This document shows positions 12,090 to 23,558 of a stretch of 63,420 nucleotides of DNA, piece by piece. Within the stretch, counting starts at the first letter, position 1. The number at the start of each line of letters is the position of its first letter. A program made the position numbers and the translations under genes. The notes beneath the pieces were generated by a model. It searched no databases. It was not told the DNA's origin and saw nothing but the letters and a program-made list of their open reading frames with translations. The stretch covers positions 92,914 to 156,333 of the forward strand of contig NIVC01002173.1 in assembly GCA_002269645.1 (NCBI GenBank). Reading direction: 5' to 3'. Source of the DNA: Macrostomum lignano (lineage: Eukaryota).

Positions 12090-15000
12090 TTAAGTAGTCG
12101 AGGTCTGGTTTTGATTCATTGTGGACCCGTTGCCAGGCAGTGTGTTGTTGAGATCGTCCACCTTTGACGGGCCGTGTTTGATGATGGTGAAGATCTGGAG
12201 TGTGAATCATGGCGAATTGCTTGATTTTCGTAAGCCCTCTAAAAGCCCTAGGACAGAGCGGCTTACCTTACTACCGAAGACGATAATAACCACAGTGGTG
12301 CAGCAGAGAAAGATGCAGCCATTGATGAGGAGAAAACGCACGTTGACCTCGCTATTCGGCAGCACGAACGCCATGGTCACGCCAATAGCGCCCATCACCA
12401 AGGTGTTGTACACGCAAACGCCAATTTTCTTGGAATCGTTGAGGCTCTCAACGTGCACCATGCGGGTCTCCCAGGCAAAGAATATGCCAAAGATGAGAAG
12501 CAGGCCTGCCAATTCAGAATAATGTACTTAAAGGTAACGATTATGCAAAAAAAATTTATTGGCGTACTCATGTGCACAAGACATTAAAAAGGCTGCAAGT
12601 TCGACCAGTTTTCTCACGGTCTCCACCGCACCTGCAAATATATCAATAATTGAGGCTATTGAAATCTGTGAGGTTATAAGGACCTTGAGAACCCTATTGA
12701 GCCGACAGTAAGCCTGTGGAGTTCACCGAGCATAATCTATCGTTTCTTACTCGACTGAACAACATAAATTTATGACTCAACGAAAACTTGACGCTTGCCT
12801 TTGATCCCGAGAAAAATTCCGGTCCACATGACCGAATTGTTGCAGTCACACTCCTGAATTTCCTGGGATTCGATTGTTCCAGAGCTGAGCCACTCCTGGA
12901 TGAGCAGGGCGACGGACATTCGATACGAATGGACAGCGGATATTCGATGGAACAGGAAAGTGGCACAAAATTACCTACTCACCACAACGGCCAACTGAGT
13001 GATTTTGACTTTGATGGGGTCCTTGACAGCCCAGACTATGAAGACGATGATGTCAGCCAAGACGATTGCCAGAACCATGGCCACCAGGTGCATATCCTTG
13101 ATTGACTGCAATCAAATATTATGATTTGGCATGCGCATTGAGCTAGGAAAACTATTAAGTGTGTGGTGCTCGGTTATACTGAATGAATCAAAGTTGAGCA
13201 TGATTGTCCTAAAAAACTCAGCTTACCACTCGGCGCAAATTTTTTGTCGTGAAGATGATGTGCACCCGCCAAGTCTTGGACAGCATGGCTCCATAAGCCA
13301 CCGAGTAGCCAATGCACAGGCAGATCGTCTGCAGCCAGCAGTAGACTGCAGAGTTGCTCCAGTGTCCGGAGATGGCGCTGAAGATGCTGGACATGTAGCA
13401 CATGATGCATCCGACAGCCATTAGGTTGTTGATATTCGGCGAGGACATCTTGATGAAGCGAAGATGGCGGAAAGCTAAGTTTACGCCAATCGAAGAGATG
13501 GTGAGAGCCACGCCGACAGAGCAAAGAAAAATTATGACGATGGCGTTGCTCCTTGGAACCGAGATGCGATACGTGACTCTCTTGGGCATGTCGCTGGGTG
13601 GCTGACCACCTGTGCATGGTTTTAGCTTAATTAAGTATCCAACAGCAGAGTAAAACGAGTTGCATAACTTGAAATTCAGTAAGCCTAGCTTTTTAAAAGC
13701 GAGCTTTTTGATACCATGCTCGACAGTTCTTTTTTTATGAAAAAAGACTCACCAGCGAACACCAAATCCTCGTACCACTCAAGCTTATCCGCGTAGGTGT
13801 CAATAAGGGCAACCGGTACGCCCTTAAAGCCTAAAATTTCGGTTATAAAACACTATATTGCAGTTACATGGAGCGATAGTGTGAATTAGGCATGTAAAAA
13901 TCACATCGACTCTCACTTCGAATCTGGTAAGCGATCGCGTTAGCCAGGCGATCTCCATTCTGGTCCAGCTTTACGCGACCCTGCGAATACGATTTTTAAA
14001 ATACCAAATCTTCAGCTCAGATCATCAATAATTCTTCAAGTCTTGCACTTTGTCACTTACAGTTAGTCCATAAAAATCGACAGCTCTGATATTCTTCAAC
14101 AGTTCAGTTTTGAATGGACTGCTGTCCAGATCCAAAGCCGTTGAGTAGGCGTGCTTCATCAGCGTTTTGTTAAGCGCAATGGCCGCAACAGTCATTGCGT
14201 CCAAACGCGTAGCAAGGCCTCTGATCGAGACCACACTTTCGTTAACCAGGTGGGGGTACCGTCGTAGGAAGCTGGCGAACAGGCTGTTGATGGGCTGGCG
14301 TTTTGGGTTGCAAAGAACGGCTTTCGTATTAGTAAACTGAATTAAAACTGCATTGTAAGTATTTAAGTATTGATCAGTAAGATCGATTTTCAGTCAGTCG
14401 CTATCAGACGCAAACTCACCACCTGGCCGATTCCAGTTTCATTGTCAAAGATATCAAAATGAGACCTAAAATAGAGCGAGCCCTCTGCTCCATCGGCTAG
14501 CATCTGGCTGCTGCAGGTGTCCTCCAGATTGTGTGAGAAGGTTCGCGTAAATCCCAGTTGGATCCAGAAGTAGCGAGGTCCAACCGCGTTGTTCATCTTA
14601 AGCTGTTTAGAAAAAAAGGAAGAATTTTTTCTGAAATCGCATGTCGATATCTATTCTTACTTGGTATGTGCACTATAACGGTGCAACGGCGCTCACCAGA
14701 CATTCGAACTTTGTCCCAGTTTCGATATTTCCAGCTCGAACGACGATAAAAATTCGAATGTTCATGTTCTGGAAGCGTTTGGTCAGTTCAAGATAAAATC
14801 TGTTCTACTCGTAGCTAATTAATGCTCTTGAAAGTTTGAAAATTCTTTGCGATACAAAAGCGTACCAGCAATTGTTTCAGACTGTCTTCCGGATTATGTT
14901 GATAAACAGCTTTGCTCAAAACAGTAATCTTATTCTCAGCTAGCAAAACCTCCAACTGTTGTGTAATCTAAAATCGGTTTTGGATGATAGTGAAGTTATA

Positions 15001-17081
15001 TCCATATTTTCCGAAGAAAGAGAAAATGTCATGAAAAAATTTCTGAGAAAAAACGTAGAAGTGACTTGTATAGACCACGAAACTCGAAACTCGAAGCGTC
15101 GGACGACCTGGTCAGAGCTCAGTCAGCAAAGTGAGTTCTACCAATGAGACATTGATGGCTAAGAACATCGGTCAGGACTGGTGCGTTCTGACTTGGATTG
15201 CACCATTGGCGATTAATTTATGCGCCCATATAGAATAAAATACGGGCGTATATGACAGACGGGCTAAATAGCTAAAAGCAGCTGTTGAGATATCAAGACA
15301 AAACATGGAGTCTCAAACAGCTATTAAAGTGCAAGCTAAACGATGGAAAAATCGATATACGAACCGCCTTAAAGTTCGACAAAACACCTCTTCGGTCAAT
15401 GGAAATCGACATGGGACGGATTCGAGGTGCTCTAGAGCTTGGCGGCAATGAAGGATGAGACAGGAATAAGAAGTTTTGCCTCCACACCCTGCGGTACAGC
15501 TTCAGTCTGAAAACATTTAAGCTGGTAGAAAACTTGCCAAGCCTGAAAAAAAGAAGACCCCAGTAAGATTATTGATACCATAAGAATTTCGTCACAGGAG
15601 AGATAAAGAGACTTTCAACAGACTCAAATTCTGGTTGAGATGTCAGCGCGCTGATGATGATGATGATTCATGACCGTCAAGAAGTTGGCGAGCAGGTGCA
15701 TTACTCTAAATGCTGCATGCAGTGCGGAGAACTTCTGCTGTGCGATAAAACCGTCACTGGATTCCACGACACAAGCGCCATGGAGAAGCCAAAATTCATT
15801 TGCGAATCTGCAGAATTCAGACTATAAGAATTAGGGCTCGGACAATGACTTTGTAGATATCAGGCAGGGTATTGAGGCACTGGTACCTTGACGTCTGTCG
15901 ATATCAGCCAGGGTATTGGGGGCACTGGGACCTTGACGTCTGTCGATATCAGCCAGGGTATTAGGGCACTGGTACCTTGACGTCTGTCGATATCAGCCAG
16001 GGTATTAGGGCACTGGTACCTTGACGTCTGTCGATATCAGCCAGGGTATTGGGGCACTGGTACCTTGACGTCTGTCGATATCAGCCAGGGTATTGGGGCA
16101 CTGGTACCTTGACGTCTGTCGATATCAGCCAGAGTATTGGGGCACTGGTACCTTGACGTCTGTCGATATCAGCCAGGGTATTAGGGCACTGGTGCCTTGA
16201 CATCTGCAGATATCAGCCTCAGGGTATTGGGGTACTGGGACCTTGACATCTGCAGATATCAGCCTCAGGGTATTGGGGTACTGGTACCTTGACATCTGCA
16301 GATATCAGCCAGGGTATTGGGGTACTGGGACACTGACGTCTGAGAGTTTTTTTCGAGGCTTTTTAGACTCACCGCGGAAACTCCGTCATAGTCGCTAGCG
16401 AGAAGGCCCACATTTTTCCAGTTGTATCGCTTCAAAATTTGTATCATACCCACCAGATAAAGGCTGTTAGACGTGGTGGTTCGTGAGAAGTACGGATAGA
16501 CGGACTTGTCCGCCAAAGCGGGGGTAGTGGCTGTGGCGCTAATCTGGAATAAGGATAAGCGTATGTGGAATTCTATATTAGAGTACAAACACGGAAATGA
16601 ACCTTGGAATGGCCCAAGAATGAAAGAGCATACAATTGAACGACTAATCATACCTGGGGCAGGTAGTAGTAGCCCCGGCCAGCTCGGACAGAACCACCGC
16701 CTGGTTTGAGTAGGCAGGCCCGAACAGAAGAGCTTTGTTCGGTTCGTTCACGTAGCCGTCAATGAACTTGCGAAGCGCGCTCCCCTGCAGCTCCTATGGC
16801 AACGAAAGAAAGGATTTTGACTGCGAACATAATTTCAGGTTGCCAATCTCATCAAAACTCACCTTTTCGGCGCAGAAAAAAGAGGCATCAATGCGAAACG
16901 TATAGTTAAACTCTGGCTGCGCAGTCACATTGTTAATGTAGTCGAGGGCGAAGGAGTAGTATTCGACATCGAACCGGAGTGTGGCGTTCTTTGAGCAGAT
17001 AACCAGGGTGTGCACAGTTGTGCGGTTGTCCGATTGAGCTCTTACTGTCGCTATTAACAGCAACAGAAGCAGATATCGCAT
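12090..17081 (-). CDS. GABA-B-like class C GPCR, paralog B (same exon structure); one apparent frameshift at ~16672-16680
   Basis: MRYLLLLLL; RKFIDGY..LLFGP; LADKSVYPYFSR; GPRYFWI; IKMSSPNINN; YGAMLSKTWRVHIIF; GLLLIFGIFFAWETR..LNDSKKIGVCVYN; FGSK. Exon 2 ends out of phase around a GGCCGGGGC run. Confidence 0.9.
15853..16335. repeat. 44-bp minisatellite (~11 copies) in GPCR-B intron 3
   Basis: GATATCAGCCAGGGTATTGGGGCACTGGTACCTTGACGTCTGTC repeated; the reverse complement matches the 28010-28945 array. Confidence 0.95.
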
Positions 17082-17906
17082 CTTGGCGCAGCTCTTGTAA
17101 GTCAGGTATAAGTTCTGTTGTAGGCTTTCTCATCTTGTCACTTCAACTCCCCTTTATATAGAAAGTCGAGCCTTCACCGTTTATCCAACAGCAAAAAGGG
17201 GTTTTGCGAAAATTTAGACAATGGCGTGACTAGCATTGCTCTAATTCGATACTTCAGGAAAGACACCTGCTTTTCTGTTCTCATCCTTCAGCTAACGGCT
17301 GATGAGCAAGTCATGCGAAGAGAGTTGAAACTTTGAGAGCCGTTTTTTTCAACATGATTTCGAATCAGCACCGACAATTTAGAACTCTCGAGCACTTTTG
17401 GAGAGACAGCTTAAACCAAAAATTATCTGTGTTCTAAAAAAATTTTACAGTTGGCGCAGAAGTGCTTTGGTGAGCAGCACTGCTTTATCCATTATTTAAT
17501 TATTTAATGGAATAATATCAGGGTTCTAACAAGGTTATTGGTTTTCGGCTAGAGTTAGAAATAGGGATAGAACTATAGGGTTAGAAAAACCAGGGTTCAA
17601 AGTTCGGTACAGAGTTACAGCGGAAAGTGTTGGGAAAGTGTTGGGCGTGAGCTTTTATTCCATGTAGTATCGCTCGATAGTATCGCTCGAGCTCATTGTC
17701 CATTTGCTCATGCTCTGTGCACGGTTTCTGCTATACAGAAACTTTAATTGTACACTTGCTGGTGTTTTAGCCCTTGGGTTGGGGTGGCTGCTATTGATCA
17801 CCTCAATTATATTAAATTGTCTCGTTGTTCATCAGAGCCCTTGGCACTTACATCTCGTCTCGCGCCTCGCATACTCTCTGCTCCTTTAACAGAAAGAGTT
17901 AGGGTA

Positions 17907-17988
17907 CTTACTTACTTGACTTAGCTGCAGGGGGCTCCGCGTCCGGAAAACAGCGAGGAGGCGTTGCCGCCCATTTCGCTAACCCCTG
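17907..17988 (-). mobile_element. 82-bp 5'-truncated 3' end of a non-LTR retrotransposon related to the 51.7-53.9 kb element, with a 15-bp TSD
   Basis: Shares the terminus CTGCAGCTAAGTCAAGTAAGT and upstream GC-rich sequence; flanked by GAAAGAG(T/C)TAGGGTA at 17892-17906 and 17989-18003. Confidence 0.75.
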
Positions 17989-18656
17989 GAAAGAGCTAGG
18001 GTAAGTATCACGGTTCAAGATTCAGACAACTAGTTACGGGAATTGGGGCGAAGCGGAACCGTGCGGGTAAACTTAGAGCAGCCCACTGGACTAGCCACAC
18101 AACGCGATCCCGCGCTGTCAAGCCACAGTCCCGCCTGCAGACTGAGCGTCGTTATACGCTTGTCTGTTGCGTGAACCTAGTCAGTTCCGACCAGGCCGTG
18201 TCACAACACAACACACGTAGAAATTACCCGCAACTTCATTTACGCTCTTCGTAGTTGCTGTATCGACAAATCTGTTTCAAGGACAACTGAAAGCAACGTA
18301 TATATACTAATTTAGTATAGTCCTTGATCTGTTTAGATATTCTTTAGAAACCAAGATTGTTAAATTCGACGTCTTTGACGTCGATTGGCCTAATTATGCC
18401 TTCTCCTCTTATTTGATGACCTCTCTTAGCCAAATCTGGATTTGCATCACCGTTGCTAAAAGCAGCTACCGTGTCGTGTCTCAATCAAATCAATGAACCA
18501 AACTGCAGAACAATAAAAGCTGCCTAGCTGGAACTGTTGAGCTGAAACAAGATAATTTTTTTAAGGTATATGTAACAATAATATCATCATAGCGCAATGC
18601 CTTGATCGCGTTGTAGGCCACGCCGCCGACAGAACCAGCGGTACCAGCGACATATT

Positions 18657-19470
18657 GGCTTTTCATATTACCGATTCCAGAACCAGAATCGGTTCGAAGC
18701 TTTTCATATATTGTCTGTTCCGTTTTCAGAATCGGTTCCAGAAACCGTGTTCTGGTTCTAGAATTTGGATCGAGAAAATTTCTCGATCCGTTGTCATGTT
18801 TACACTTTACTCAGTAAAATAAATTTGAAATCGTCAATTTTGTATTATAGGTATATAAGTATTCCGTTTTTTTCCTCTTTCCAAGAGGAAAAAACTCAAG
18901 GAAAGACAAAATTAAATTGTAAAGACTGACAAACATAATTAAAATGGGTTCGAAGCTTTTCATTTTCCTACCGATTCTGGTTCTGGAGTAACGATGTTGA
19001 TATTTAATTTTTAAAAATAATTTAATATTAATAATGTCTCTTTATTATTATATTAATTTATATACTATTCATTAGCGAATTTTAAAGAATTCAATATTGT
19101 ACGCTTAAAATTTGTTTTACTGTGTCCTTCATAGAAATACGAGTATTGTATTATTTAAAAGGCGGTTAAATGGCGATTTTGAGCACTCTACTTTCGTTGG
19201 TCTCGTGCGTGCTTTTTGGTTGGTCCGCCGCCTGGTGCCTGTTCGCTATAGCTTACCACCAATAATTTAACGGCAATAGTTTTAATCTTGTCGGTTCAAA
19301 TAAATAATACAATTAAATACAATCAGTCAAAGTTCAAATATAAGACTCTTGCTACGAAGACTCAATTTATCATTGATAGTGCATAGCCGTCAGCACCGAA
19401 CAAAGAAGGGTCGCGTCACACTGGAATCGGAATTATTCTGGTTCTAGAACCGATCTTCGTGAAAAGCCTA
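18657..19470. mobile_element. Degenerate MITE-like element with GAACCAGAATCGG subterminal repeats
   Basis: Imperfect inverted ends (GGCTTTCAT.. / ..GTGAAAAGCC) and clustered GAACC/GGTTC repeats at both ends. Confidence 0.35.
19341..19387 (+). other. Degenerate spliced-leader (SL) exon-like sequence
   Basis: CTCTTgCTaCGAAGACTCAATTTAT matches my recollection of the Macrostomum SL (..CTCTTACTGCGAAGACTCAATTTATTGCATG), 16 nt exactly. No donor or Sm site follows. Not checked against a database. Confidence 0.45.
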
Positions 19471-19979
19471 ATTAGTTCAAGGCTGTTGTCACTGTAACGG
19501 GCCCCGTAGTAATAGGTAAAACACCTAATAGTTAATTCGAAATTGATGTGGACAAAGTGAACTGCCTGAAGAAGCGCAACAGGTTTTAAAACAAGACATG
19601 ACTGTTATTAAAAGGAGTCTGCCAACCTCATGTCTTGACTTGACTACCGCCAGAAACGAAAGCACCGATTTGCAGTCAATTCGGATTGGCCTCGACTCAG
19701 ACTGCAGGGCTTCTGGTAGGCCTTTTCTTAACTTAGATAGGGTATTTTCTAGTCGCGCAAGTAATTGTTAATGGTATTTTATAAATGTAAACTAATGAAA
19801 ATTCAATTCTCTTAATACCTTTGCAAGGACCGCCGTAGTATAACATGATGTTAAGCTCAAAGATCGTGTAATTTTTTGGAGGCAAATTTCCTGGAAAAAT
19901 ACCAACGTACACTGCGCAGAAAGGAAATATTAAATAATCATTTTTGTCACCGCAAACTCAATGATTGCATTTGATCTGA

Positions 19980-22900
19980 GGCAGTGAAGATTAGGCCTAG
20001 GCATACCATTTTTTAATTTAGCTTGCAAAGCATGTATAGTTTGGCTTTGCTGTGAAAGTTTCATAATATTATTTATTTTATTTTATAAGCCCAACCAATT
20101 TCAAAGTTGTGAATTGTAAATAGGCCTACTGTTAAGTCTCAAGGAGTCAAGTGGCATTAGCTGAAATTTTTGCTGTGTTCCTTCTTGAATAAAGTATATT
20201 TGTGCAACCGAAGATTCCAGGCCTAATCATTAAATGTTAATTTAAACATAGGCATATCTGATTATAGAATTAAAAACAAAAAATAGTGGGATAGGATATG
20301 ATATAGGCCTAGTATTTTGTAGAAATGGAGTATATGCTGGTAGTATATATACCTAACTCTATCTAGATAAGGCCTAGCTTTTTGACATAGGCTAGCTTTA
20401 CTTTCTCAATAGTTAGTTATATATTTAGAAAGCATTTTTATATACCAAAAGGCCCCAATTGCTTTGCTATATATTATAGGCCTAATTTATAATGTTTTGA
20501 AGCATCAAATTAGGGCCTAGTGCTTAATCAAGCCTAAATCTCTTAAAAGTATTTATTTGTACTTAAAATAGTTTGTAGATTAGGCCCTACTTTTCTAGAG
20601 TCAGAATAATTTAACAAATGTGTGCTAGCAGTATTCTATACAATACAACATCCCACCAGTTAGCCACCAAAGTTGTGCTAGGGGTTTGCTTCCCTCTTTA
20701 GCTATTATAGAATGGCACTACTTTCGCTAAAACAGCCTTTGTCAGGGCCACCTCACTGACAATGTCACAATGCCATATAATCATTATAATAATAGGCCTA
20801 TTAATATAATAAGTTATTACTTTTTAATTTTCAACCTTTGATATTTTGTTTGTTTTTCATTTGTTTTACTATCCTATATTGCACTTATATAGGATTACAT
20901 ATATGCCTAATACCTCGCCAACTTGGCTAATTAGGCTAGGTCATTAGATGGCATAAGGTCTAGCCAAGGTATTTTGCAAAAAATGCCAAACTGAAAAAGT
21001 AAATGTAAAAAGTTATAAGTAGAAAGAAAAAGGTAAAAGTAAAGGAAGAAAGAAACAACAAGCAAAAAAATAAAAGGAAAGAAAACAAAAACAGAGATCA
21101 TATTATAGCTAGATGCAACTAAATTGCAATTAAAAAAAAACTAAGTTGCATAGTTAGGTCAAATTTAGAGGGTCTAGACATGCATGTTGTCTCCTTATAT
21201 TATGTGTTCTTAGTTGATTTTTTTTTGTAAATGTAATATATTTCAACTTGCATTGACTGCACTTTTAATTTTAAGCCTAAGGCCTAGTGTTATTTAGCTA
21301 GATTGGCTAGACTAGGTAAGTAATATATTATTATTATATAATATAAGATAGAGCCTAGAAAGATTTCATTTAAATAAAGCATAATATATGCATATTAGGT
21401 ATTTTTGGTATCTTGTCATAGATTTGCTTTGTTTTTTTAGTAAAATACTATATGAAGTTTATATAATATATAAAGATTAAGTTATTAAGATTAAGATATT
21501 TAAAATCATAATAAGTCTATTATCATACTATATAAATAACATTTAATGAAGAGCCAGCTATAAATAATACTGTTAGTGCCATTCTGCTATGCACATAATT
21601 CCTAATCCTTTGGTTTATTCATTGGACTTCTCCCCTAGTCTGTCTATTAGACATCTCCATTAGAATATTGGTATATTATGTATAATTTTATGTATAAGAT
21701 AATAGCTTTATAATGTGCATTCTGTGGTCAGAAAGTCCGAGGTTGCATATAATGGTCTTGAGGCAAGCAAAGCAAGCTGAGGACCATTGAATGCAGCCAA
21801 GGACTTTGTGGCCATAGACATCATATTATAATGCTATTTTAGTAAAATTCACTTATGCCAAACTGCATGGATTTCAATGCTTTTCATAGATTTCAAGGAT
21901 GATTAGCAAAAGTTCAAATGCCATAGACAAATGTATACAGTATTAGAAAATTACTCAAGGCACACACAAGCTATCTAGCTGGAGCAGGCTTTAACCACTT
22001 TTAAACTCGTGCTATACATCAATCTTGACAAAATAGATTTGTTGTTTGACCAATTATTTATAGATATAGAGCCAGCTCAATATGCAACAAGTCAATAACA
22101 ATGACACACCTACAAGACCACTTGATAATAATATTGATGGCTGAAGATTTATAATGACATCTGGATGACATATAAAGGCATCTCATTCCTAGGCTCGACT
22201 TATGGCTTGAGACTCCTCAGTGATGGCACTATCCCTAGAACTGTTTAGTCTTGGGTTGTCTCCAGCTCTCAACAGATTGATGCTTGCATTGAACCTCTTG
22301 GATTGACATGTCAGGATACTGTACCACCTGCTATAAAAAACAAACATTTTGTTAAACAAGGTGAAGATTGACAGTGAGAGGGTTTTGCTGTTTTTTAAGT
22401 GATTGTAGTAAAAAAATCGATGAACTTTGGTTGAAGCTAATTGGTCAAATTGTTATTTGCTATTATCTTGATGCTATTTTGTATGAGCTATTAAATATAT
22501 GTTTGCCTTCCTAAAGACACTTTTGCTTTATGTTTCTTATGGACAATTGCATCCTATATGCCAACAAGCCCATTATCTATATAATGGTCTTGACAGCAAG
22601 CCCATTTTCTAGATAATGGTCCAGTGATACTTGAGTGTGGCCATAGACAAGCCATTCCCAAAAATAAGCAGACCATTATACAAGCTTTTTTGGTGTTAGT
22701 GGAGTTTACATATATGATCTGTATACTTGTATCTATCAAACAATAGAATATAGTGGGGACTATAGATTAGACTTTTAATTTATAGGAAGTAGGCCTAGGA
22801 TCTTGATTGTGAATCTATAATTTCCAGGATCATAGGATCTAGCAAAATATTATTTGTTGTTTCTACTAGTTTAGAGCTATTTTAAGTTGTCTTTACCATG

Positions 22901-23500
22901 ATATAAGCCTACATGGCCACATCATGCCATATATGATATTCCTATATAGTGTATACCATGCTGATTACAGAATGAGTGCTTGACATTTTGGAATTCAAAT
23001 TTTAGATTATCACAAGATTTAAATGATGTTGTATTTTATTAGATACTTAAATATTCTTAAATGATATAAAATATGCTTTAAAACTCATTCTCAAAGTATA
23101 TATATATATAAATTTAAGTAATTATAAAATATTTGTGTGCCACCTGTCTGTCAATGTTAAAGCTATATTGCTTTTTTGTTTCAATGTTTATATTTACCAT
23201 TTGTTGAATTTTATATAGTATTACTATCATTGGCATTTTTCAAATTCCAGACCCTGATGCCAATAACATTATAATTTAAGGGCAATCTATAAAGGGGATA
23301 AATTTTAGTCATAGCCAATAAAAATCAAATTAAAGGTACACTAAGGACAAATACACCAACTGTAAAGTGCATAGTCATTATCATATGATTTATTTTATGG
23401 GAAAAAATGCAAACATGCCAACCAAATAGTAAAGTCTCAAACTGAAATTATAGTGAATGCCAATGTCAAGCAATTCAATCTGTAAAGTCAGACTTGTCGT
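19980..23500. other. AT-rich, CpG-depleted, TpA-rich island containing a decayed exon-like relic (~22140-22360)
   Basis: About 10 CpG seen in 3.5 kb, versus abundant CpG in the flanks; recurrent TAGGCCTA/CTAG; essentially no ORFs. Confidence 0.8.
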
Positions 23501-23558
23501 TTTCAGTACTTCACTGAGCCTGCACCAGCAAATACAAAATTACTTACCATCTGTGGAG

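Noticed and set aside
15290-15840. Plus-strand ORF fragments (CMQCGELLLC) nested in GPCR-B intron 3
   Set aside because: Short, interrupted by stops, and no recognisable family.
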